Below, in pieces: positions 26,696 to 39,104 of a stretch of DNA of 64,000 nt. Under the pieces are notes generated by a model. It did not search any database. It was not told the origin of the DNA and saw nothing but the letters and a program-made list of their open reading frames with translations. Both the position numbers and the translations under genes were made by a program. The stretch is from Octopus sinensis (lineage: Eukaryota): contig NC_043004.1 in assembly GCF_006345805.1 (NCBI RefSeq), forward strand, positions 56,420,001 through 56,484,000. Direction: 5' to 3'. Each line of letters starts with the position of its first letter. Position 1 is the first letter of the stretch.

Positions 26696-27414
26696 TTAAT
26701 ATGGCTTCTAAACTTCCACACTAAACCGAAATGTAATTTAAGCTTTGATATGCCGCAATCAAACCGGAATACATTACATGCCGTTCATACGTTAAAGGGT
26801 TTTTATAGTTCTTTTATTTTAGTTATTTCAATATTTACACGTTACAATTTATTTATTTATTTATTTATTCATTCCTTTATTGATCGAAAGATTGATTGAT
26901 TGATTGAGTTAGTTAGTTAGTGATAAACTTTTATATCTTTCGGAGCATAAGTCCATGAAATGTTAATGGCAAAGATCACAGGAAAATGAACACGACAGCA
27001 ACAAAAATAACAGAAATATCTTCACAATTAAAAGTATGGGCAAACAACACATTTATAAAGATATTCATTTTATTTTCCCCCCTTTTTCATTCTTTCCTTT
27101 GAAAATCTTGCATTTCTCGCATGTAAAACAAACTAAGTTTTTCGCTTATTGCACATCTCCAAGTAGGCCACGCCACCTATCACGGAAGCCATTTTTCTAG
27201 TTAACTTTGATCTAACTCTCATACTCAACAAACGTGTATCTTTTATCTTTTCTTCTATCTATGTAATATATACCTCTATGTGTATATACGCATGCATGCA
27301 TGAATGTATGCATGTATGTATGTCTGGGTGTACATATATTTATATATACATACATGCATACATACATATATATATATGTACATATATGCGTGAGTGTGTA
27401 TGCATTGAAATATG

Positions 27415-27458
<44 letters not shown>

Positions 27459-27828
27459 TGTGCGCATATATGTATACGCATATATGTATCTATGCATATA
27501 TATAATGTTTGCCTGCGTATTTTAGTATCTTAATCAGTCCATGCATATAAATATATAATGTTTATTCTCATTCTTTATAACCTGTCTGCTAGATCGTCAA
27601 ATATAAACATGCATATATATACGTACATATATAAAACATACATGCATACACACACACACACATATATATATATATACATACACACATACACATATATATA
27701 TAAGTATGAGTATGTGGCGGTATATGCATGCGTGGGCGTGTATTCATACATACGTTTATACATATATATATATATATATGTATATGTATATATGTGTATA
27801 TATATACACAGACACACACACATATATA

Positions 27829-27864
<36 letters not shown>

Positions 27865-28041
27865 GCACATACATACACAGTGTACTTTCTATTTTAATTA
27901 TCTGAATTCGTCTCACAAGGAAGGAGCTAGTTTCTAGCATAGGAAAAAGCTGCATCGCTTGAATGAGGTTAACAACAACGATAATTTGTACAAGTTGAAG
28001 TTTACAAAAAGTCTTGCAAATTTTTACGGCTCATCTTCCAG

Positions 28042-28104
28042 ATTATATTTGTAATATGGGTGGTAGCTGGTCACATTCTCTGCGTCCATATTGTAGCTTA
28101 CACG
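28042..28104 (+). CDS. Candidate exon encoding the C-terminal half of a sushi/CCP-like domain (DYICNMGGSWSHSLRPYCSLHG)
   Basis: Acceptor ttttacggctcatcttccag, donor gtattt, 63 nt, phase 1-1. C-x3-G-x-W-S-x4-P-x-C motif. Confidence 0.55.
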
Positions 28105-28433
28105 GTATTTACACTAGCAAATATAAACACGCGCACACACACACACATACATGTATATATATATATACATATATATATATATACAAGTATACATACACAT
28201 ACTTACACATATACGAGTGTCTGTGTGCATGTATGTTTACATGTATGAATTCATACAAGCATATATACAAGTCTAATCTTTGATGTTATCGAAATTCCAA
28301 TGAAAGTGTCTGGTTTCTAGGCAAGATAGCGTTTCTTTATCCATTAATATGAAAATACGGAAAAGGAAGGTGAAAAATAAGACTACGCACACACACACGC
28401 GCGCGCACACGAATGCCGTCTATAATGGCGATA

Positions 28434-28572
28434 GGGTACTGCCATGGATGTGTTGTTAAGATTCTTAACTGTATACCACCTCCTTTTAAGTTCAATTCCA
28501 ATGCCTGTAAACTTGGGCAAACGTGTTCAACTATATACCCGAGTGAAAAAAAATCTCTTGCAAGTGAAATTG
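28434..28572 (+). CDS. Candidate Cys-rich exon (GYCHGCVVKILNCIPPPFKFNSNACKLGQTCSTIYPSEKKSLASEI); 5' boundary uncertain
   Basis: Open frame with donor attg|gtaaag. The phase-compatible acceptor gatag is weak; the strong acceptor cctccttttaag near 28488 gives a different phase. Confidence 0.3.
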
Positions 28573-28601
28573 GTAAAGGGATATTATCTAGAAGCTAGTC
28601 G

Positions 28602-28655
<54 letters not shown>

Positions 28656-28661
28656 ACAAAA

Positions 28662-28938
28662 TGGGACAAAAACGTAAAACATCCGGACTGTTAGGTAATA
28701 CAAAAAATGGGACAACCACACATCCAGATAGACGATACAAAGAAAACAAGGACGGGTCAGGTTTTTTTTCCTCAGTTGAGTACCAGATTATCCTCGCGAT
28801 TTCGGCTGATTATAGTTGAAATTGCGCCAATCTGGCTAGCCCCTGAGAAAAAACTAAGCTAAGAGCATTAGACTCCTTGGAAGGAAGCAGAAAATGTATA
28901 CAAAAACAAGGACGGAAAAAACGGACAATTCTAGACAA

Positions 28939-28945
<7 letters not shown>
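28662..28945. mobile_element. Unclassified repeat, probably Penelope-LTR-like, with an internal hairpin
   Basis: Internal direct repeats (aatacaaaa..tgggacaa twice, aaacaaggacgg twice), TA-microsatellite flanks, hairpin at 28783-28835. Confidence 0.4.
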
Positions 28946-28977
<32 letters not shown>

Positions 28978-29299
28978 CATAATTTAGGTTAGCTGAAATA
29001 TGTTTGTTACATATTTCAACATCTACAAGGCAAACACACTGGAGTTGCTTATGATAAGAGAGATTTTTCTCCACGAAAACTGCGGTGTATTTGCCGTTTT
29101 GTTGTTGAAATATGTGACAACTAATCTAAATTCTGCTCATACCTAAACATTGTCTTACTCCAATACTTCAATATATATATCTGTGTGTGTGTGTGTAGTG
29201 AACTCTTGTGAACTTCCTCTCTCTATTATATAAAATACATACGAACGTTGCCAGTAAAGCTAACCTTTGGCCGCTGTTTTGGAACCCGTTGTGTCTACA

Positions 29300-29445
29300 C
29301 TTCTGATTGGTTGGTATTGGCCCAATTTGTCTATTACTCTATCTCGCGCTAATATGCAATCCGCCTAACCGCAGTCTCCAAATAAATCACGTGAGACAGT
29401 CTGTTTTAAACAACATTTGAGCCTACCGTCAGCTATAAAACCTCA
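29300..29445 (+). promoter_or_regulatory. Pol II promoter-like motif cluster
   Basis: ATTGG 29306-29310 and 29316-29320, CCAAT 29322-29326, TCACGTGA E-box 29387-29394, TATAAAA 29434-29440. Confidence 0.4.
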
Positions 29446-29721
29446 CCTCCTACTAGTTGCGAGGTCTATCGGTTCCAGACCTTCTAAGGCCTATCCATTA
29501 ACCACATTACAGTGACCTCCATCTTCGTCGCCCCCATCATGTCTCTCACCAACGTCGTCAACAACATCTACATAGCACCAACCAACTGCACCGTTTCTAA
29601 ATTATCGCTTATATAAACCTAAAGCTTATGGCGATCACTGTGCAATGAGTAAGGAAAAGCCCTCGACAGAAAAAAGAAGGCTTTCCTATCCGCGTGTATA
29701 TATATATATATATATAAGTTT

Positions 29722-29810
<89 letters not shown>

Positions 29811-29811
<1 letters not shown>

Positions 29812-29997
29812 TGAATGGTAAGAAGCTTGCTTCCTAACCACATTGTTCCGGGTTCAGTATCACTGTGTGACACCTTGTGCGAGTGCCTTCTATAGCTTTG
29901 GGTCGACCAATGCCTTGAGAGAGGATTTGGTAGACGGAAACTAAACGAAACCCATCGTGTGTGTGTCTGTGTTTGTCACCCCATGACAACTTGACAA

Positions 29998-30070
<73 letters not shown>

Positions 30071-30195
30071 TCCCCGTAACTGAGCGTAACTTTAAGTACC
30101 AGACTTAAAAATTAAGTACTGGGATCCATACTTTAGAATACACATTCAGGAGTGTGCCCCTGCATGACCCCAGTCTATTAACTGAAAGAGTGAAA
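29811..30195 (+). mobile_element. Diverged family-B-related SINE with internal (TA)n expansion
   Basis: tggtaagaagcttgcttcctaaccaca...gggttcagt...gatttggtagacggaaact...gactgaaa. Confidence 0.75.
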
Positions 30196-30201
30196 ATATA
30201 A

Positions 30202-30239
<38 letters not shown>

Positions 30240-30659
30240 TAAAACAAGGCTTAAACAATGCGAAGGCATTGTGACCAGCGATGTGTAACTACATCTGATG
30301 GACTGGTCGGTCACGTGATATATATATATATAAGAAATCATGTCTGGTTGTAGACATGTCTGGTTCGTTTACGCTCCCGCAAATTACCAATTTGGCGAAA
30401 GCAAGCGTTATAATAAGTATCAGATTAAACGAAAAAAATATAATTACTGGGGTGAATTTCTTTGACCAAACTCTTCAAGTGTGCGCGGTGCTGCTATGTT
30501 GCAGTGAAACAAATAACAAAGATAAAATCTTAAGTGAATTATATTTGGAATACACCATCCTAAAGCAGGATCACTTATATCAATCCCTTCAGATGATGAA
30601 ACTGAATACCACTGAGCAACCTGTCTATGTTATCCATGGAGAGGATATATAAGTTCTCA

Positions 30660-30900
30660 ATTTTTTAACCGATCCTACACGCTCTTAGGAGCTATAGAAC
30701 TTCAATTCCCGTTGATTCAAAAAGCTGAATTGTACGATCCTATGTTCCTTGTTTTATGTTTTTTAACCACATAGATTTTGAGGATCATTCACGTAACGTC
30801 TTAAGAAAGGAGGAAATGTTTTGCCTTATATATAAGCTGACATTCGTCCCAAAATTTCTTCCAATATCAATCATTTGACGTTTCGGTGGCAAAGTATTTT
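30660..30900 (+). mobile_element. Very degenerate LINE APE-endonuclease-like fragment
   Basis: ELYDPMFLVLC...KKGGNVLPYI weakly resembles the APE N-terminal PD.I.L.ETW and GGGV.LY motifs. Confidence 0.3.
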
Positions 30901-31500
30901 GCCATTGAAAAACCTTCAAAGTGTGCACATTTACCATAATAATGTGCTTCAGTATGCACTTCAAGAAAAAAAAAGTTCAAATGTACGTCTTATGATAAGA
31001 ATTGGCATAATCTCGGAGTTTCTACATTAAAAGATTTTTTCTTGTATGCCGTCAGCTTCCATATCTTGTTGAATTCTGCGACATTCTGTCTGTTACATTT
31101 GCTCTCTATAAATTAATTTCCTCGATAATTAGTATACTTACATAGTTGCATATATGCATGTATATAATTACATATATACATACAATCATACACTTTGGTA
31201 TCTGAGTGTATGCATACCGGCCTATGTGTGTGATTGTGTTATAATCTGACTGGAATCTTATCTGATTAACCTTTTCTTCCCAATCTCAGACAAAACCTGC
31301 TACAATAAATATGATAATTATTTTTATTAGTTATACTAAGGATGTTTATCTCTTAAAAACAGATATGCTGCGTATATTAAGTTATCACAAAACTTTGTCT
31401 AATGAACTCCCTCTCCTATCTTTCCATCTATACACACACATACGCACACATATATAATATATTTATATATATATATATATACAAACATGCACACACACAC

Positions 31501-31549
<49 letters not shown>

Positions 31550-32199
31550 CATACATATCAGATGTGCGATCGTTTGAATAGGATAGGATACATGTTGATA
31601 GTACTCTAATCTTGAATATATAATTCACAGAAAATTTCGACAAATATGTACCAGCATTTCTGAATCGCTTGCGTATCGACCAAATTCTCAAGTGAAGAAA
31701 CAAATCTGAAAGCAACATTCAACATGGCATATTATATAAATAATATAAAACTCTGCTGGCGCACAGGTTTTTCAAATTATTGTTAGTTGATCATGATACT
31801 TGTGGAGTAAGAGAATCTCCCTTATAGCCGATAGATGTAGCAGTCGATCTTGTATGGTTGATACAAAACAGCCATGTTACAAAAACGTGCTGAAAGGAGT
31901 GACGTTTATATGCACTAGTCACCCACTGCATTGAATAATCTCACAAATTTTTCAATGTAGTTACTAATCCTTCGAATATCTTCAACCAAGGGCAATCACG
32001 GTGGAGAGTCCTTATATCTTGGCGAGGAGCACTCGGTTGATCGTCCGACAGATGCCTGCCGTTGAAATTGTTATGGAAGCGACTAGGTGACAGAGTTTTA
32101 CATGTACACGAATACCCAATACATTTAACGCGAGTTTCAAAACGATTCACCGTCTCACAAAATGACAACAGTAGAATATACATTTACAGATGCAATCCA

Positions 32200-32274
<75 letters not shown>

Positions 32275-33477
32275 TAAAGAGAGAGAAATAGAATTGATAG
32301 AGGAAAAGTGCGGGACTGTTACCACACCGGCTTCGAGAGGAGAAATAGCGAAATGGGTCTATCCAGCAGATAATCAGAATTAATGCTGTAAGACATTCAT
32401 AGAATTCGTATGTTTTAAAGGCACCACGACATAAATGGATTCAACCGAGTATCGTAGCACATTTCACATACACATAAAAACAGTTACTCAAACTCTCTCT
32501 CTCTCTCTCACTCTCTCTCTCTCTCTCTCTCTCTCACACTCATAAGCAAATACACATGCACTTTTCTCATGCGTTTACGCGTGCAAGTGTATGTGTCTGT
32601 GCTTGTTTTTATATTACATAAGTCGAACCGTTAATTTACGAGACCGGCAGAACACATAAACATAAACACAAGCACAACTGCTGTTGTTTCTGATCTATAC
32701 TTTAATTTTCCGAATCTTAAGTAAGAATCAGATTGGAATGAATGATTGGTCGAAATGACCGACAGAAGAGCCTTTGTAGCAGATTTGTAGTTCACTATAC
32801 AACGAATAAAATGCAAGAACTTTAAATAAATACAGTAAATGAGAAACAATATATGGATCTTCGGTTAATAACGCGCACACACGCACACACACACATACAC
32901 ACACACAGAGCATTGTATATTTTGTAGTTTTATAATGAAAAATAAGTTATCAAACGGGTATTTCTTTCTCAAATTTATGGGTCTCAAACGTATGGTTATG
33001 CATACTTACATGCATACATACCTAGGTGCATGTATACATACGTACTTAACTTCATACATATTAAGTTTGTTCGTTCTATGGTGGAAATCTAGCATAATCC
33101 AATGACTCTCAATAAAGGGATGCCATCGGGAGTCTCCATATTCTTGACAGAGTCAACACTGTGTCAATACGATCTGTCCCATTTTAAGAAGCAATGCATG
33201 TAGCGGACATAGACACGTGCAATAGCTGCTCTTAATATCATTGGACTGGAAAAAGCAGGGAATACTAAATAAAGTGAATCTTCAGGGGGTAAGAGTTAGC
33301 GGCAGTCAGTTACAATTTCAGCATGTGATTCGGCCTGTTTCATTCGTTGCGTGTTGCAGAGGATAGTCGTGGAACCAGAATTACTTCGTAAATTGATATC
33401 CACTCCCTATAACCTCACACAAACTTGGCATATTGAATTTCCCGGACATTGTAAATAGTTCATGACGACGCTAAACA

Positions 33478-33511
<34 letters not shown>

Positions 33512-33768
33512 ACCACACACCACACACACACACATACACACACACATAAACACACATGCATACACACATAGATACATTGGAGGAACAAAATACATACCAA
33601 CCCGTCAGGAGCAAATTATGATTGAACTCAGGATCCTGGAAAAAGAAGAAAAATCCTTAATATTTATGCTAAAATGATCACGATATCTGGCATAGAAAAA
33701 TCTGTAAGACCTTCATAAGGTTTAAAGGATGAATGTTAAAACAGGATACTTTTCTTCATAAGGACAAA

Positions 33769-34159
33769 TCTTTATATATAAAAGAAAGGTTGTGTGTCTG
33801 TCTACTCCGATTTAGATTCCTAACTACTCCCACATTTTGCGGTGCAGTTTAACCAAAACCGGGTATCTTATAGTCGTGATTCCTATCAAGCCCTTCTGGG
33901 TATTAGCGCGTGTCTACGATGGGTCTACGATTTTAAAAATAATTTACCATCATTTTTTTCCATTTTAATGCATTTTTTTTAATATAAGGGAAGTAACTCA
34001 CTTAAAATGTCTACGATGAGTCAACGATTAAAAAAAAATTACAATAATTTTTTTTTCCATTTTTAATGCATTTTTTGCTATTTTTTGGCTATAACTCTCT
34101 AAAAATGCTTTATAGTTATTTCCCTTACAAACCCGAGCAACGCCGGGCGATACTGCTAG
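33769..34159 (+). mobile_element. Non-autonomous Helitron
   Basis: 5' TC and 3' CTAG inserted between host A and T. Subterminal hairpin cccgagcaacgccggg at 34132-34147. Second copy at 54641-55036. Confidence 0.92.
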
Positions 34160-34885
34160 TTTTATTCTAAATTAAAAAGAGAAAAATAAGAACGTACATA
34201 CGCATACATATATATTCTTAAGTGGTTATTTCGGTGTGTGTGTAGTGTATGTTACCAATAATTCACTAGATGTGAAATCAAATTTCTCAGCTAGCTTCTA
34301 GAAAGCAATAAAATTTCAACTGAAAATTTTCAGTTACAGATCAGGCAAACCCCTATCCTTTTCAGGTCCTTCAGATATATCATTATATCTGCTGGTCTCA
34401 GTTCTGATTACTGACTACGTGTCATAAGTGGTAGGCAATTTACCAACCCGCAACCAGATGGATGTTAGTGTTTAGATATGGAGGATTTTAAAACGACGCC
34501 GATGAAGATAGCAGTATATATAAACAGCTGCCATTATGCAGAATAGCATGATTTATGAAACTCTACAACAAGACCCATGTTTCGTGTGCATCATACATTT
34601 ATCTACTCTCAGAATTTCTATAAACACATTAAAATAAGGCAACGTGAATATTACATTTACACCTCGTCCAAGCAAGAAATCAATAAATAGGCATGGAGTA
34701 TGTTTGAATTCAATCACATCCGCCAACTCTAATAATCTCCTCTCCATTCGGCAATTCAAACAGGGAAAATGGCCGTACATTCTATTAAAGTATTCCTAAT
34801 TCCGTCCTCTTTATTCGGAAACATACTCATCATAATTTACCTATACTTAGGAAATAACATCATATATTCATTTGCTGGTTTTCAG

Positions 34886-34946
34886 GGTGTTTTTGGCTGT
34901 CTATATATACTGACATTGATGGATAAATTTCTGGCTAGTTATTTAG
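34886..34946 (+). CDS. Candidate small exon (GVFGCLYILTLMDKFLASYL)
   Basis: Acceptor tttgctggttttcag, donor gtaaat, single open frame, phase 0-1. Confidence 0.3.
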
Positions 34947-35015
34947 GTAAATATAGATAGATAGGTAGATAGATAGATAGATACATACATACATATGCTG
35001 ACAGAGAGGGATTTG

Positions 35016-35066
<51 letters not shown>

Positions 35067-35349
35067 ACAATTGAGGGTAAAATTAATTAATTAATCAATT
35101 TCACCAAGTGTTCAGTATGTAAAAGGACCATTTAAGGCGAATTCAAAATATTACATTATATAATTAGGGCTTAGTAAAATAAAATAAATTACTTTGTCAC
35201 ATACTGAACTTAATAGAAATAGCAGCCAAAAAAAATTTTTCTTAGGATTTCTACTACTTAAAGAAAATTTCTCTCAGATAATGTTTACTCCAGACAGCTC
35301 ACGAAGGTTTGGGGGTAAATACAGAAAAATATCACAAGTACATAGATCG

Positions 35350-35412
35350 TTTGAGTACGTCAACGTTTCAAGATTAGCCAAATAAAATCAGCATTTCTTT
35401 CGTCAGCTCAAA
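35350..35412 (-). ncRNA. Type I hammerhead ribozyme motif
   Basis: Stem I TTTGAG/CTCAAA; core CTGACGA; stem II AAGA..GCTGA/TTGGC..TCTT; GAAA; stem III ACG(TTGA)CGT; cleavage triplet GTA. Confidence 0.75.
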
Positions 35413-36244
35413 ATTTCTTAATTTGGATTTGGAAACACTAAAAAGAAGGAACTTTACCTATCATCGAACTTGTCGCTTCAGATAAACCACTCCAACTAAA
35501 CAGTGTCAACAAATTCAAAATGCGCAGGCGTAGAATTCTGCACTCCCCATTCCACCCACGTGGTCTATCTAGCAACACTATATTTTAACCGCGGAGAGAA
35601 AGAGAAATGAATTATAATATCAACAATTGAGGGTAAAATTAATTAATTAATCAATTTCACCAAGTGTTCAGTATGTAAAAGGACCATTTAAGGCGAATTC
35701 AAAATATTACATTATATAATTAGGGCTTAGTGCTGATTTTATTTGGCTAATCTTGAACGTTGACGTACTCAAACGACTTATGTACTTGTGATATTTTTTC
35801 TGTATTTACCCCCAAACCTTCGTGAGCTGTCTGGAGTAAACATATCTGAGAGAAATTTTCTTTAAGTAGTAGAAATGCTAAGAAAAAATTTTTGGCTGCT
35901 ATTTCTATTAAGTTCAGTATGTGGCAAAGTATTTATTTTATTTTACTAATTTAAATTTTTTTTTTACACATACTGAACACTTGGTGAAATTGATTATTAA
36001 TTAATTTTACCCTCAATTGTTGATATTATAATTCATTTCTCTCGGTCATACTGCCTTGGTTCTCGCGGTTAAAATATATTGTTTGCTAGATAGACCACGT
36101 GGGTGGAATGGGGAGTGCAGAATTTTACGCCTGCGCATTTTGAATTTGTTGACACTGTTTTGTTGGAGTGGTTATTCTGAAGCGACAAGTTCGATGATAG
36201 GTAAAGTTCCTTCTTTTTAGGTTTCCAAATCCAAATTAAGAAAT

Positions 36245-36307
36245 TTTGAGCTGACGAAAGAAATGCTGATTTTATTTGGCTAATCTTGAAACGTTGACGT
36301 ACTCCAA
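36245..36307 (+). ncRNA. Type I hammerhead ribozyme motif, second complete copy
   Basis: CTGACGA 36251-36257, GAAA 36288-36291, GTA 36299-36301. One stem I mismatch (ctccaa). Confidence 0.75.
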
Positions 36308-36503
36308 CGATCTATGTACTTGTGATATTTTTCTGTATTTACCCCCAAACCTTCGTGAGCTGTCTGGAGTAAACATTATCTGAGAGAAATTTTCTTTAAG
36401 TAGTAGAAATGCTAAAAAAAGTTTTTTTGGCTGCTCTATTTCTATTAAGTTCAGTATGTGTCAAAGTAATTTATTTTATTTTACTAAGCCCTAATTATAT
36501 AAT

Positions 36504-36554
<51 letters not shown>

Positions 36555-36836
36555 CCTCTCTTTGTATGTATGTATGTATGTATGTACTATCTTCTACCAA
36601 TCTATATGCTGATTTTATTTGGCTAATCTTGAAACGTTACGTACTCAACGATCTATGTACTTGTGATATTTTTCTGTATTTACCCCCCAAACCTTCGTGA
36701 GCTGTCTGGAGTAAACATTATCTGAGAGAAATTTTCTTTAAGTAGTAGAAATGCTAAGAAAAAATTTTTTTGGCTGCTATTTCTATTAAGTTCAGTATGT
36801 GGCAAAGTAATTTATTTTATTTTACTAAGCCCTAAT

Positions 36837-36881
<45 letters not shown>

Positions 36882-36982
36882 ATATATCGACCTCTCTTTG
36901 TATGTATGTATGTATGTATGTATCTATCTATCTACCAATCTATCTATCATCTATCTATCAATCTATCTATCAATCTATCTAT

Positions 36983-37020
<38 letters not shown>

Positions 37021-38342
37021 AGAGAGAAAAGTAGAAAGATTGAACGATCATTAGATGTGTACATATATATACGACAGAAAGAAGACGAACATTGGTAAAT
37101 AGATAATTAGAGGGAAAGATGAAATCCAGATATTCTAACAACAATACCCGATTATAGTCGATTTGTAACCCGATTTGTAAAATCGGTCAGAGTCGTTAGC
37201 TTTTTACTATCTTCTGACCGGTAGTTGTTTCTTTAAAGTTACAAAGTTTTCTCCTATTTTCACATTATTCTCAAATCCTTCCATATTACAGTTTGTAAAA
37301 CCTGCCACGATCAATAAAGAAGAATCACGCATAATATATTTGTTCTGTGCATGATATTTCTTTGCACTGTTGGTCACATCTTAAAAACATTCAAGAGCAC
37401 TTCTTCATTAATAAACGGATAAGCCATTGTTATACTTGCTTGTGTGTATCGTTGAAATTTTGTAAGTGCTGTTTGTGCATCAATGTTGAAAATAATTTTG
37501 GTTTTTTTTTTCTTTTCCGTTATTTCATTCTTAATGATTTATTGCATTTTTCTCTCTCTCTGTTTGCTTTCGATCACATTACATTTTGTTTCTTGTTTTC
37601 TCCTGATGTACGTACAATTTATTTTTTAAGTTTTTAAATTTCTGCCATGATAACAATGCTTAGATTTTAGATACAAATCAGGAACAATACGTAACTTACA
37701 CAACCCACCCTGATGAATCAATATTTAAGATAAATGATATCAAGCCCTTACTCCTCTACCCAGAAGTATAATTTCTAAACATTTCCATCGCTAATTACTC
37801 TTGCTGAAGTATAGCATTGATCAGAAACAACATTACATAAAATATTACACTTAATATTTGGAGTGGGTAATTATTCCTCAAGGACGCTCGCTCGTGTATT
37901 GTGATATAGTGTTAATTAGAAGTTAGTGGAAGACGATTATTACAGCCTTGTGATGCCGGAAGAGATCTCGGTTGGTCAGCCATGATACAAGTACATTTTG
38001 TTTGTAATTCTTTTAACAAAATACCAGTTAAATCTGAGTGGTGGTTTGAATTAGTTTTTGTGCTTTCAACAAATAATGGATACACATGAATTAATGAAAT
38101 TCCACCTCTGAACCTATGCGTAGAGATGAGTATTGCTCAGAATAAATAAAGGTAAAAAAAAAAAACACTAAGATATGGCATTCGTCATTTCAGTCAGTTC
38201 ATTCAAATTTTTAACGAAAAATTTTTGCAAAATTAGTCAGTATTCCGGGTTTACACTTCATCGCAATCAATCAATAGTTTTGCAATTAGTGGTTTCCTTC
38301 ACGGCTAGGCAGTTGTTTCTCATGATATTATTTCATTTTCAG

Positions 38343-38381
38343 TTAGCAGTGTTTGGTATACATATAAGATTCCAATAACTT
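38343..38381 (+). CDS. Candidate 39-nt micro-exon (xSSVWYTYKIPIT)
   Basis: Strong acceptor tttcattttcag, strong donor gtgagt, only the phase 1-1 frame is open. Confidence 0.35.
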
Positions 38382-39062
38382 GTGAGTAAATTCCAATAGT
38401 ATCTAAAATTGGTCATTCCAAGTATAGAGATTGTACACAGTGCTATTGAATCAAGGGTTTTATTTAAAGTGACCTAAAAGTAGTGAATGGATTTGTAAGG
38501 TCAAATCGAAAGCAGGAAGAGAGGAATAAAGAAAAGAGAAAAAAGAGCAAAATATGGGGAAAAAGAGAAGAAAAAACAGGAAGAGATGAATAAAGAAAAG
38601 AAAGAAAAAAGAACAAGGAGATAGAAGTAAGGGAAAGTGTACCAGTTAGTGGTCAATCAAGATAATTTGAATGTAGGAATGGGGAGATGAGGGTGATAGA
38701 GAGAGAAAGGTATTAGAGTGTAAAAAGATAGAAGGAATGGAGGGTGAGAGAGAGAGAGAGAGAGAGGTATAAAAAGTAAAGGAGTGTCAGTTATATATAT
38801 GTATATATAAATTAATAATAGTAATATTAGGGAATAAATCCAAACTTACAGGGAAAAATTAGATTTAAGATGAAATCCAATTTTATAGTATAAATATATT
38901 ATATTATATTATATTATATTAAATTAGAGATAAAACCACAATTAGGCAAATCAAACAGTGAAAAACATAACCCAATACATAAAATTAATTTAAAATATAA
39001 AAGTTAAAATTTTAAACAAATTATTTAAATAATTTAAACTTATAAATTTTAAATATATATAT

Positions 39063-39104
<42 letters not shown>

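Larger units (their letters stand above)
35061..36860. mobile_element. ORF-less 556-bp HHR-bearing repeat unit in partial-tandem plus inverted arrangement (retrozyme-like or non-autonomous Penelope)
   Basis: tcaacaattgaggg starts at 35064 and 35620 (period 556). Orientation flips at 35730/35731, then inverted copies run to about 36503 and again 36606-36845. Confidence 0.8.

Noticed and set aside
24890-26899. Poly-Asp, poly-His, poly-Met and poly-Gly ORFs resembling acidic biomineral or His-rich proteins
   Set aside because: Several frames on both strands are open because of stop-free trinucleotide repeats, and there is no signal peptide or consistent exon structure.
30356-30652. 98-aa non-repetitive ORF
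   Set aside because: No recognisable domain. It lies next to a possible degenerate LINE fragment and is most likely a chance open frame in an old element.
37920-37975. KLVEDDYYSLVMPEEISVG resembling a cadherin Y-x3-V-x-E-x4-G motif
   Set aside because: Splice sites are weak, there is an in-frame stop three codons later, and no other cadherin motifs lie nearby.
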